A DNA stretch of 64,000 nt, taken from the NCBI GenBank assembly GCA_965116885.1, contig OZ220741.1:3424001-3488000 (forward strand), written 5' to 3'. This DNA is from Candidatus Latescibacterota bacterium (lineage in GTDB: Bacteria; Latescibacterota; UBA2968). The position numbers and the translations under genes are program-made. The notes under the pieces were generated by a model. The model saw only the letters and a program-made list of their open reading frames with translations. It had not been told where the DNA came from and searched no databases. Shown here one piece after another: positions 49,680-59,097 of the stretch; position 1 is the stretch's first letter, and the number at the start of each line of letters is the position of its first letter.

Positions 49680-50138
49680 TCATAGCCTCTTTTCAAAAAA
49701 AATCACATCGAACTCGGACACCCTTTGTCGTTCTATTTCACAATATCCGTTCTTTTCATATAGCTTGCGAGCCGCAATCTGCTGCACTGTTGTATCCAGG
49801 CAGAGTATTTTATAATTCAAATCATTAGCTCTCATCTCAAGTCTATTCAGAATCGTCTGACCAAATCCCCGTCTTTGAAAATTGGGATGAACGCGCATCC
49901 TTTTAATTTCTGCCTTATCATCTGATATTCGTTGCAAGGCACCCATTGCTACCAATTTCTTTTCGCAGAATCCTGTCAAAAACTCGCCTTTGTCAGATAG
50001 ATATGTCTCTTCAATAGTGTGAAGGTCATTGTCTTGAGCGCCACTGCCTGCATTCGCTCCAACCTGATCCAGTGCTAAGTTGTGTAGATTCCAGACTTCA
50101 TTGTGGTCAGAAGCCTGATAACGACGAATTTTTAACAT
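49680..50138 (-). CDS. GNAT acetyltransferase
   Basis: EIKRMRVHPNFQRRGFG, ARKLYEKNGY. Confidence 0.9.
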   Translation of the reverse strand: MLKIRRYQASDHNEVWNLHNLALDQVGANAGSGAQDNDLHTIEETYLSDKGEFLTGFCEKKLVAMGALQRISDDKAEIKRMRVHPNFQRRGFGQTILNRLEMRANDLNYKILCLDTTVQQIAARKLYEKNGYCEIERQRVSEFDVIFFEKRL

Positions 50139-50162
50139 GAATGTTTCCCTCTTTTTTCTTTA

Positions 50163-50885
50163 TCAGAGTTTCTTGCCTATCGCGCAGAAGACATTGTCGT
50201 AGGATTCACCCAGATCCGAGGCGCGAAATATGTGGATGTCCTGGAACCCGGCCGCTAAGTACAGGTTCTGGACTTCCTTCTCGTCAAAATAGTGCCAGAA
50301 GACCGGGCCATCCCCGTCCTCACTCTTGAGAATTAAGTCACCTTCTTCCAGGCCTTCGTTCTGGTCAATCCCCTCGTATCTCATGTCATCGGTAACTCGG
50401 GGTAGTGTAGAGGCACCATCGTGAACCGAAAGGGACATAAGTCCGGCAGAGGTGAGAACTCGAAAGGCTTCGTTTGCGAGGGTCTTGCGAGCTCGCGCAG
50501 TGGGGACGTTGGCAAGAACCTGACTCCATAAAGTAACGATGTCATATGAATCATCCGGTTCTGAAAATATGGCTCCATCAGTGACTTCAAACTCGACCTG
50601 GCTACCGGATTCAGCGGCTATACTTCGGGCCGCTGAAATAAGCGTATCGGATATGTCAATTCCCTTTACACGAAAGCCCAGGCTTTCAAGAGCAAAGGCT
50701 TCACGTCCAGCGCCACATCCTACGACCAGAGCACGACCGACATCCGGAAAGAATCGGTCAATCATGGTCTGTTCCCATCGGCGCAGTCCTTCGCTGACCC
50801 TCCGTACGTACTTCTCAGTTGCCTGAACGGTAGAGTAGCTATGTCGAACCTGACGGGCCAACTCATTTTTCTTTCCTCTGTTCAC
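50163..50885 (-). CDS. Class I SAM-dependent methyltransferase
   Basis: ALVVGCGAGRE, GIDIS; GTG 50885 overlaps the upstream stop. Confidence 0.85.
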   Translation of the reverse strand: MNRGKKNELARQVRHSYSTVQATEKYVRRVSEGLRRWEQTMIDRFFPDVGRALVVGCGAGREAFALESLGFRVKGIDISDTLISAARSIAAESGSQVEFEVTDGAIFSEPDDSYDIVTLWSQVLANVPTARARKTLANEAFRVLTSAGLMSLSVHDGASTLPRVTDDMRYEGIDQNEGLEEGDLILKSEDGDGPVFWHYFDEKEVQNLYLAAGFQDIHIFRASDLGESYDNVFCAIGKKL

Positions 50886-51667
50886 TTCTTTCGAGCGAGC
50901 CAAATCTGTTCACCTCGATAAAGATAAGGACCCCGATGAAAGTTTCCATACAATTCCTGAATCTGATATCCACACAATTCTAGTAGATATTGCATTTCGT
51001 TCTTATAGATATGTCGTGTCTTATCGACATTATGAATCCTTGAAATCGTCTCGCCAGATTTGCTAATTTCTTCATAAGTATAATGCCATTCTGAAATTTG
51101 GGTCTCAAGATCACATTTCCGACTTCCCCAAAGAATAACACGATTTCCCGTCTCTGGATGATTTAACTCTTGTAGTTTTTTTATTGCTGTACCTCCACCA
51201 GATGCGGAGACAAGCTCATCCAAACTGGGATCACCATTATGTATTATCAAAAGTCCATTATCTAAAAGATGCTCATTGATGCATAGAAGAGACTTTCTTT
51301 GGTCTTCTGGTGTTAAGATGTGGTGGAAAGCTCTGTAGGGAATCAAGATGGTATTGAATCGGTTATTTAGCGAAAAATTACGCATGTCGCCTGAAACAAG
51401 GTTTATACTCTCCTGAACTTCATTACTGAGCTTCGAGACATTTTCTCTCGCTAATTCAAGCATATCAGAAGATGGCTCAAGCCCAAAAATATCTAAACCG
51501 GATTCAGCTATTGGGATCAACACTCGCCCTGTCCCACATCCGAGCTCCAAAACTGGGCCTCCCTCATTCTGGGCTTCTTGAATATAAAATGCTATATCAT
51601 CTTTCGTTTTTAGGGCGTCTTCTCGGGCATCATAAAGTTTAGCTCTGATACCTTGATAACTTTCCAT
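50882..51667 (-). CDS. Class I SAM-dependent methyltransferase
   Basis: VLELGCGTGR, GDMRNF; RBS GGAGG. Confidence 0.9.
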   Translation of the reverse strand: MESYQGIRAKLYDAREDALKTKDDIAFYIQEAQNEGGPVLELGCGTGRVLIPIAESGLDIFGLEPSSDMLELARENVSKLSNEVQESINLVSGDMRNFSLNNRFNTILIPYRAFHHILTPEDQRKSLLCINEHLLDNGLLIIHNGDPSLDELVSASGGGTAIKKLQELNHPETGNRVILWGSRKCDLETQISEWHYTYEEISKSGETISRIHNVDKTRHIYKNEMQYLLELCGYQIQELYGNFHRGPYLYRGEQIWLARKK

Positions 51668-51736
51668 AAATCCTCCATAAAATCACACATCAAGTAATTA
51701 GTATAAGGTTGAAAATAAACACTTTACAAGAAATAC

Positions 51737-51768
51737 TGCTTGATGCTAAATTGAAAACCAGCTATATT
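51737..51768 (+). promoter_or_regulatory. Sigma70 promoter, repeat copy 1 (upstream of TA module)
   Basis: TTGATG-17nt-TATATT; these 32 bp are identical to 55098-55129. Confidence 0.65.
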
Positions 51769-51862
51769 TTTTATAATCATTAGAGATGGATTGCAAGTAT
51801 CTTGTTTCTGGATTGGCTTAAAAGTTCTCAACTATTTTAATGGGAGGGAGGTGCGGGACACG

Positions 51863-52099
51863 ATGAAACAGACCATGGATGCCGTATATGAAAATGGAGT
51901 CTTCAAACCTTTGAATCCTCCTAAACTGTCTGAGGGTCAGCACGTCCGTATTGAAATAGAAATGTCTTTTGAAGAAAATTTCGATGATCTTCTTGAACTG
52001 GCTGCAAAGGTCTATGAGGGACTCTCCGATGACGATATCGACAGCATTGAGAAGATTGCACATGACCGTCGGGACTTTTTGGGATATAGAACCCAATAA
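51863..52099 (+). CDS. Antitoxin, AF2212-like (DUF104)
   Basis: MKQTMDAVYENGVFKPL...LSEGQHVRI; RBS GGAGG. Confidence 0.85.
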   Translation: MKQTMDAVYENGVFKPLNPPKLSEGQHVRIEIEMSFEENFDDLLELAAKVYEGLSDDDIDSIEKIAHDRRDFLGYRTQ

Positions 52100-52295
52100 T
52101 GGCGTTACCCAAAGTGATATTGGATACGGACATTCTCAGTGCTATTATGCGCCGACAATCCGCGGTCATTCCCACTGCTCGGGCCTATCTCAGAGAGCAC
52201 CATCAATAATGGTTCACAGACTTGGGATCGTTATCAACAATGAGAGACATTTTCAACGGATTGCCGATCTTCATGTAGAGAACTGGATAAAATAA
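52099..52295 (+). pseudogene. vapC: VapC/PIN toxin with internal deletion
   Basis: MALPKVILDTDILSAIMR...HHQ*, then in another frame VHRLGIVINNERHFQRIADLHVENWIK*; central part missing; ATG overlaps the antitoxin stop. Confidence 0.8.
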
Positions 52296-52437
52296 AGAAA
52301 TGGTGAAGCAGACAAGGAGGCATTGCAGGTTTTTAAGGTAGGTATCTCTGAAAGTGATTTGATATGGGATCTGACACACGACAACTCAGGACATGAAGTA
52401 TGGAACATTGCTGTCCAACAATGTCTATTCGTCAGCT

Positions 52438-54846
52438 CTATAAACGTCTGAGTGCCTTTACTGGGTCGGAATTCGCTGCACGAAGCGTCTGCGACCCAAC
52501 TACTGTGAGAACAACTGCTGCCATCACGGCAACAACACCACCGAACAGCCACAGACTCATTGTGGTCCGGAGGGGGAACTGGTTTAACCAGAGGTGGTTT
52601 GCAAACCACGCAGCAGGCGCTGCAAGTAGAACCGCCACAACAAGCATCAAGAGAAAATCCTTTGACAAGAGCACAGCGATCTGCCAAGAACTCGCTCCCA
52701 GAACCTTACGTATTGCAACTGCCTTGACCTGCATTTCCGTGACATGCATAGCTATTCCCAACATGCCAAGTAAGGCCAAAAGCACCCCGAAAGCGCTAAT
52801 CAGAGCAATGATATGCAAAACATCGGAATAGATTCTAGCGAGCATTCCTTTTTGGATTTGCGTCGTAAACAGATCGTACTCCACTTTCCAAGGACTTCCT
52901 AACTCAGCCCAGACCTGTTCGAGGTGCGCAACCGCCTCAGGCATATGGCCGGGTAACACGCGCACGTTTGCCCAATGTATGCCCGCTGGCTCACAGAGCA
53001 GTATGACAGGATCAATATCCATGCCTATGCCATATGTCTGAAAGTCTTCCAGAATCCCCACAATGGTAGGTTTCGTGTTCTTCCCTGACACGTTCAAGAT
53101 TTGACCTATCGCTTGCTCTTCGTTTTCCAGACCCAGCAGCCGAGTAGCGGTTCTATTGAGCAGCACACTCCTGTGAATATCCGATGGGCGATTGAAGTAA
53201 CGGCCTGCAAATAGCTTGAGTTTCAGGTTCGAAACAAAATTGTAGTCCACTATTAATTCGGAAACTGAAACTGTCTTAGGATCACCTCTCCCAATCGTCA
53301 CCGAACGTTCTGATCGCTCACCCTGCATCAGAATCTGTGAGGAACCAGAAATGAGCTCCACTGAGGGCGATTGCTCCATCGCCTGCCGGAACACGTCGTA
53401 GCCCACTCCCTGAAGCCGTACGTTCACTATATTTTCATGATCAAATCCATAGTCGGACGATACCATATATCGGAACTGCTGGTACACGAACAGGGTCGAG
53501 AGGACGAAGAATAACGACATGCCAAACTGCCCCACCACAAACATCCGATTGAATGACTTGGCTCGATCCTTTGTAAAACTTCCTCCCTTCAAGATCAAGA
53601 CTGGGACGAATCGGGAAAGATGAAGTGCGGGGTAGGTGCCCGCAAGAATGCCTACGCCTACGCTGAAGCCAAGGACAGTGAGATAGACCGTCAGATCTTT
53701 GAGAACGTCGAGCTTGATGCGGGCCAAGGGAAAAAATGAAGTAAAGAACATCTCGTTGAAAGCAGGAATTAACCATACCAACAGCCACATGGCAAAAAAC
53801 GTCGCCAGCAATACTGTTAGAATCGACTCCACCAATATTTGGCCAATGATCTGTCTGCGATATGCACCTACGACTTTCCGAATTGCCACCTCGTGGGCTC
53901 TGGCCATTGCTCTGGCCACAATTAAGTTGGTATAATTGTAGCACGCCCCTATCAGTATTATAGCGGCCAGAACACTAACAAAATAAACAGCCATGATAGG
54001 AACCATCCAACTAAGTTGGTTAACTCTCATGACGCTCAGGTTGACGTCGGTCAGTAAGTGGGCACTTGCCCTCTCTATCTGTCGATCTGTACCAGGAGGG
54101 TAGTGGTCTTGAATGATCTGTGTGAAGTATCTTTCCAGGACCGTTGGGTGGGTACCTTCTCGTAAGACCAGGAATGTGTATGTATCATTCAGGCCATCGC
54201 TCCACTGAGGAATGCCGCGGGGTGGCGCAAATTTCAAGGTCTCAAACGACACCAGGATCTGAAACCGTACATAGCTGGCCCCTAACGGATCCGCCAGGAC
54301 GCCCGTTACCTTGTATGGCGTCTGTCCGATCATCACAGTCTGATTCAGTGGGCTGGAATCTCCAAAGAATGCAACCGACTTGTTCTGCGAAAGCACGATG
54401 GAATTGGGTTCGGAAAGCGCGGTAGCGGGATTCCCCTCCACAAGAGCGAAATCGAATACCTCGAAAAACGACGGCTCGGCATAAAGGCCAGACACTTTAA
54501 TTTGACTTTGACTGCCGGGAAAGCCCATGGAACCACGGAATCTGCGTAACCGTGTCGTCACTTCTACATCTGGGCAGATATCTTGAAGAAGCGAAGCAAG
54601 ACTCGCAGGTGTCGTTGCGTAGGAGCGAACACGATCAGGCTGGGTGGGCGAACGGTAGTCGCAGATGGTGAGATAGATACGATCTGCCTTCTTGTGCCAT
54701 GCATCAGACGTTTTTTGGTATGACACAAACAAGATGATCAGCAGGCAGATCGACAGACTTGCTCCTAGTCCTAAAACGTTGATCATTGACAAGATTTTAT
54801 TCTTCAACAGATTCCGAACCGCTACAACCAGATAATTACGCAGCAT
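52438..54846 (-). CDS. ABC transporter permease, MacB/FtsX family
   Basis: MLRNYLVVAVRNL, HEVAIRKV, KAVAIRKV, DPVKALRR. Confidence 0.9.
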   Translation of the reverse strand: MLRNYLVVAVRNLLKNKILSMINVLGLGASLSICLLIILFVSYQKTSDAWHKKADRIYLTICDYRSPTQPDRVRSYATTPASLASLLQDICPDVEVTTRLRRFRGSMGFPGSQSQIKVSGLYAEPSFFEVFDFALVEGNPATALSEPNSIVLSQNKSVAFFGDSSPLNQTVMIGQTPYKVTGVLADPLGASYVRFQILVSFETLKFAPPRGIPQWSDGLNDTYTFLVLREGTHPTVLERYFTQIIQDHYPPGTDRQIERASAHLLTDVNLSVMRVNQLSWMVPIMAVYFVSVLAAIILIGACYNYTNLIVARAMARAHEVAIRKVVGAYRRQIIGQILVESILTVLLATFFAMWLLVWLIPAFNEMFFTSFFPLARIKLDVLKDLTVYLTVLGFSVGVGILAGTYPALHLSRFVPVLILKGGSFTKDRAKSFNRMFVVGQFGMSLFFVLSTLFVYQQFRYMVSSDYGFDHENIVNVRLQGVGYDVFRQAMEQSPSVELISGSSQILMQGERSERSVTIGRGDPKTVSVSELIVDYNFVSNLKLKLFAGRYFNRPSDIHRSVLLNRTATRLLGLENEEQAIGQILNVSGKNTKPTIVGILEDFQTYGIGMDIDPVILLCEPAGIHWANVRVLPGHMPEAVAHLEQVWAELGSPWKVEYDLFTTQIQKGMLARIYSDVLHIIALISAFGVLLALLGMLGIAMHVTEMQVKAVAIRKVLGASSWQIAVLLSKDFLLMLVVAVLLAAPAAWFANHLWLNQFPLRTTMSLWLFGGVVAVMAAVVLTVVGSQTLRAANSDPVKALRRL

Positions 54847-54931
54847 TATAGCCTCTTAGAGTTTGACTCGATTTGGTGTGTACCTTAGATCCTATATGAA
54901 AGATAAGAAGAAGAGACTGCGAATACAAACC

Positions 54932-54957
54932 TGAAGTTACCCCACAAAACGGGTCAA
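54932..54957 (+). mobile_element. Possible orphan IS3-like terminal inverted repeat (copy B)
   Basis: TGAAGTTACCCCACAAAACGGGTCAA; 13 bp shared with 21082-21094. Confidence 0.3.
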
Positions 54958-55097
54958 ATCCAGGCTGTTACACAATGGCATGCTTAGGGTAGGGGGAGGC
55001 TTGGCAGGACGTCAAGCTTGGGGAAGCGCTTTTAAATAATAAAAATGACAGCTATTGTCAGTATGAACATAAAAAATAAATATCTTACAAGGAGCAT

Positions 55098-55129
55098 TGC
55101 TTGATGCTAAATTGAAAACCAGCTATATT
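55098..55129 (+). promoter_or_regulatory. Sigma70 promoter, repeat copy 2 (upstream of LamG gene)
   Basis: Identical to 51737-51768; TGACA-N5-TGTCA palindrome at 55046-55060. Confidence 0.65.
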
Positions 55130-55211
55130 CTCTTACATCTCATTAGAGCACGATATCTACGAAGAACTTGGCCTTATCGCCACCCAGAAGTTACTTTAGG
55201 AGTAAAACACT

Positions 55212-56810
55212 ATGGATCGCGACTTAATCGCCCACTGGCCGTTCCGAGAAAACCTGAAAGACCATTCCGAAAGTGGTCTGCCCATCCAAAATCACGGTGT
55301 TGAAATCGGGGAATCAGGTGGACGAAGAAGCGCCCAATTCAACGGGGCGGAAACCTTTCTGGAAGTTCCCTGCAACCTGTCTATAGGGACAGGCGATTTT
55401 TCATGCGCGGGATGGATCTATACGGAAGAAACCGAAGTGGTCGGCGACATCCTCAGCCAATTCGATCCGGAAACCCGCCATGGATGGCAGGTCTCGGTCC
55501 TCACCAATACCGGAATGACTTCCACCGCTCAATCGAATTGCCGCAATCTCCACTTCGGCATCGACAATGGGCATCTCGGGTCCTGGACGGATTGTGGGCG
55601 TCCCGGTCAGGCGGTCAAAATATCTGCACTTTCAACACTGGGCGGACACCTGTACGCCGGGACCTTCGAGAACGGCAAAGAAGAGGTCGGTCACCTGTGG
55701 CGCTACGAAGGGGAAAACCGCTGGACCGACCTGGGCAATCCAGTGGGGTGCAACTCCGTCAACGCCGTCGTCGAATTTCAAGGCGCGCTCTACTGTGCTC
55801 TTGGCCGGTATAATTCCAGCGGATCCGCCATGGGCGATCCCCTGAATACCACACCGGGCGGCCAGGTTTATCGGGTCGATGCCGACGGTCAATGGACCTT
55901 CTGCGGGCATCCAGGCATCGAAGACGCCACACCCGAAGAAACACCCACCACGGGACATAACACGGGCAAAGCCGATAACGCCACCGCCCTCACAGTTTAT
56001 CAGGGGCGGCTCTACGCCACCAGCCTCTACCGCGAGGGTGCCTTTGTCTATGATGGCGGCACCACCTGGACGCCCATAGGTCCAGACGTGCGGCTGATGA
56101 GTTTCACCGTCTATCGGGACCGGCTCTACACCCTCGTCAACGGCGGCCCGGTTCTTCGCTACGAAGGCAATGCTGAATGGACCGACTGCGGTTGTCCCGA
56201 AACCTCCACCCAGACCTACTCGGCGGTTACTTTCAAGGGGCAACTCTATGTCGGCACCTGGCCTCAGGGCGAAGTCTATCGATATGACGGCAACAAGACC
56301 TGGACCTGTTTGGGTCGGGCTGGGTACGAACGCGAAATCATGGCCATGGGACTTTACAACGGCAAGGTCTATATCGGCTCGCTCCCAATGGCCAATGTCT
56401 GGCGGATGGACGGCAATCAATTCACATTTCTGGAGTCTCTGGACCGCACGTCCGCGCCCCTGCGGCGGGTCTGGTCCATGGCCGTTTATCAGGGTCGCCT
56501 CTATGCCGGCACCCTGCCGTCCGGACATGTCTATTCGGTCGAAGCCGGAAAAGTCGCCACCTGGGACCACGCATTTCCCAAAGGATGGCGACACGTAGCC
56601 GCTGTCAAGCAGGGCGGCGTTCTGACCCTGTACGTCGATGGAACCCCTGTCGCTACAACAGACAGCTTCAATCCAAAACGCTACGATCTCAATCCCAATT
56701 GTCCCCTCTTAATCGGCTTTGGTGCCCACGACTATTTCAAAGGCGCCCTGCGAGACATTCGTATCTATCGCCGGGGCCTCACACAACGGGAAATCCAGCG
56801 CCTTCAGTGA
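55212..56810 (+). CDS. LamG-like jellyroll protein with inserted beta-propeller repeats
   Basis: LIAHWPF and FSCAGWI at the N-terminus; WRHVAAV, LYVDG, FKGALRDIRIY at the C-terminus; central repeats of (Y/F)xG(R/Q)LYxG. Confidence 0.75.
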   Translation: MDRDLIAHWPFRENLKDHSESGLPIQNHGVEIGESGGRRSAQFNGAETFLEVPCNLSIGTGDFSCAGWIYTEETEVVGDILSQFDPETRHGWQVSVLTNTGMTSTAQSNCRNLHFGIDNGHLGSWTDCGRPGQAVKISALSTLGGHLYAGTFENGKEEVGHLWRYEGENRWTDLGNPVGCNSVNAVVEFQGALYCALGRYNSSGSAMGDPLNTTPGGQVYRVDADGQWTFCGHPGIEDATPEETPTTGHNTGKADNATALTVYQGRLYATSLYREGAFVYDGGTTWTPIGPDVRLMSFTVYRDRLYTLVNGGPVLRYEGNAEWTDCGCPETSTQTYSAVTFKGQLYVGTWPQGEVYRYDGNKTWTCLGRAGYEREIMAMGLYNGKVYIGSLPMANVWRMDGNQFTFLESLDRTSAPLRRVWSMAVYQGRLYAGTLPSGHVYSVEAGKVATWDHAFPKGWRHVAAVKQGGVLTLYVDGTPVATTDSFNPKRYDLNPNCPLLIGFGAHDYFKGALRDIRIYRRGLTQREIQRLQ

Positions 56811-57814
56811 CGGCTCTTCAGCCACCAGCGCATGGTATTACTGACCATATCCGCCGCGTCTCGTTGAACCCAATGGCCGCTGCTGGGGATGGTGACGAGT
56901 GTGTAGTCTTTGTTGATCCAATTCCACGTGTCGCGTAACCCGTCTTTGTCAACAGCCTTGTCTTTCAACCCGTGGAATTGCAATACGGGCATGGTGAGAT
57001 TGGGCATCTTCATGCTCTGGCCAGACCCCGCAGTTAGACCGCTATAGGCCGCCCGGTAGTAGTCGAGCATGCCCTTGACCGAGGATTGGGAGAACGCATT
57101 GATGTAGCGCTGCCGCACTTCGTCTGAGGCATTACCCACCGAAATACGTGTAAGCACCTCGGGCGAGAACCGTTTTTCGTATCCAGGCGTTTGAAAGTCG
57201 GTAATGTATTGCGTATTCCTCTTTTGCTCTGCCGTCGCGTTACGCAGCACGGTGCCGTAGCCCTTCGGATGAGTCAGATTGCAGATCACCAGCTTGTTGA
57301 CGAGTTGCGGATAGTGCATGGCGAATCGCCACGAAATAGCGCCACCCCAATCGTGACCAACGAGGGTGACCGAGTTGACCGCCAGATCCTTGATTACAGC
57401 TTCGACATCCGACATGAGATGGGACATGGTGTAGTGTTCCACGCCTTCGGGCTTGCCGCTCTTGTTGTAGGCGCGTGTGTCCATAGCGACGGTCTTATAG
57501 CTGTCGGAAAGAGCGGCCATCTGTTCGCGCCAGGTGTACCAAAAATCGGGAAAGCCATGGACAAAGAGAATAACGGGGCCTTCGCCCAGGGTGACGTAGT
57601 GGAGTGTCACCCCGTCGTTATCCGTCTCATGGTGCTCGACGCGGTCGAATACATCTGCCTTGACGTTAGCTATCGGGGATTTGACAGCACCTTTTAGGCG
57701 TTCCTGCTGCGCCTGCCCCTGGGCGAAGAAAATGCAGGAGCAATAGGCAGTGACCACCAGTATTGAGCGTGTCATGCGTTGTTTGGTTCGTTGTGATAGT
57801 TTCATGGCGTTCAT
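56804..57814 (-). CDS. Alpha/beta hydrolase, epoxide hydrolase-like
   Basis: HGFPDFWYTW, GHDWGG, GHWVQ. Confidence 0.9.
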   Translation of the reverse strand: MNAMKLSQRTKQRMTRSILVVTAYCSCIFFAQGQAQQERLKGAVKSPIANVKADVFDRVEHHETDNDGVTLHYVTLGEGPVILFVHGFPDFWYTWREQMAALSDSYKTVAMDTRAYNKSGKPEGVEHYTMSHLMSDVEAVIKDLAVNSVTLVGHDWGGAISWRFAMHYPQLVNKLVICNLTHPKGYGTVLRNATAEQKRNTQYITDFQTPGYEKRFSPEVLTRISVGNASDEVRQRYINAFSQSSVKGMLDYYRAAYSGLTAGSGQSMKMPNLTMPVLQFHGLKDKAVDKDGLRDTWNWINKDYTLVTIPSSGHWVQRDAADMVSNTMRWWLKSRH

Positions 57815-57834
57815 CGTTCCAATGGTTTGAGGGA

Positions 57835-59037
57835 TCAGGCTTTTGATGTTTGTTGGGCTTTACACGCTTGTTTCCAGACATGGTGTTCTGCCATCATCTT
57901 TTCAACTTTTTCAGGGGCGGTCGTACGCAGGTCGCGTTGTTCGTCGGGATCGGTGCTCAGATCGAACAGGCCATCTGGTTTGCCGTCTGTGGCGTGGAGT
58001 TTTAGATTGCCCTCACGGACCGCGTCCTCTGTTCTATACGTCCAGTGCAAGGTGCGATCCAGGGGTTGCTCTTTGCCTTCGAAGAGTGACCACACGTTTT
58101 GGGCGTCAATGATGCGGTCGTTGGGTACAGTTGCACCGGCGAGAGCAGCGAATGTGGCGTAGAGATCGTAGTGTACCCAGGGGGTATGGATTTTTGTATT
58201 TGGAGCGATTTTTCCCGGCCAGACCGCGTTGCAGATGACCCTTAGTGAACGTTCCCAGAGAGTTCGGCCATAACCATTGGTCCGGCTGCCTCCCTGGTCG
58301 CTCAGGAATACGATGAGCGTGTTTTCCGCAATACCGGCATGGAGTACTGCATCCAGCACGCGCCCCACGCACAGGTCCAGGTATTCGACCATATACTGGT
58401 AGTTTACCATTGGGTCATCGCTGTGATAGTATCCGGGTGGGGCCTGATAGGGGCCGTGTGGGGCATAAAAGGCGAGATTCAGGTAGAAGGGCTTGGCCTT
58501 TTGGGATTGGCGGTTGATAAATTTGATGGCTTCATCCGTAAACAGGGTGTCGAAGTAACCCTCGTCCGCTATGGGTTCCAGGCCGCGAAAAAAGTGGCTT
58601 TTCATGTCGCGGTTGTACAGGTGGGTGTAGTAGTCGGCATGGCCTGCGTTGCTGCCGTAAAATTGATGAAAGCCGTGGTGTAACGGATTAAATTTTGCGG
58701 CATATCCCAGGTTCCATTTTCCAAACAGCCCTGTTGTGTATCCGGCATTTCGCAAAAGTCTGGCTATAGAGACTTCCCGGAGTGAGAGTCCGGATTCCGG
58801 ATCGTCTGGGCGTGTCTGTGAGTTGATGCCAACCCGATACGGATGCCTGCCCGTGTTCCAGGCACAACGCGCGGGTGAACACAGCGGGGTTGCGATCAGG
58901 CAGTTGTCGAATACAACGCCCTCGCTCGCCATTGTGTTCAGTCTGGGAGTTTCGAATATCCCTTCGCCATAATAATCAACTGCTTCGCAACCGAGGTTGT
59001 CGGCGACCATGAAGATGATATTGGGCTTGTTTTTCAT
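57835..59037 (-). CDS. Sulfatase (Cys-type)
   Basis: PNIIFMVADNLG, CSPAR, GKWNLG, SDQG. Confidence 0.9.
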   Translation of the reverse strand: MKNKPNIIFMVADNLGCEAVDYYGEGIFETPRLNTMASEGVVFDNCLIATPLCSPARCAWNTGRHPYRVGINSQTRPDDPESGLSLREVSIARLLRNAGYTTGLFGKWNLGYAAKFNPLHHGFHQFYGSNAGHADYYTHLYNRDMKSHFFRGLEPIADEGYFDTLFTDEAIKFINRQSQKAKPFYLNLAFYAPHGPYQAPPGYYHSDDPMVNYQYMVEYLDLCVGRVLDAVLHAGIAENTLIVFLSDQGGSRTNGYGRTLWERSLRVICNAVWPGKIAPNTKIHTPWVHYDLYATFAALAGATVPNDRIIDAQNVWSLFEGKEQPLDRTLHWTYRTEDAVREGNLKLHATDGKPDGLFDLSTDPDEQRDLRTTAPEKVEKMMAEHHVWKQACKAQQTSKA

Positions 59038-59097
59038 TGGTATTTCCTTAATTGCTTGAAAAATATAAATTTATGGTTATGGAGATCAGAGACAATA

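Noticed and set aside
45304..51667. Secondary-metabolite biosynthetic cluster
   Set aside because: No NRPS, PKS, RiPP or terpene core; genes are separated by unrelated remnants.
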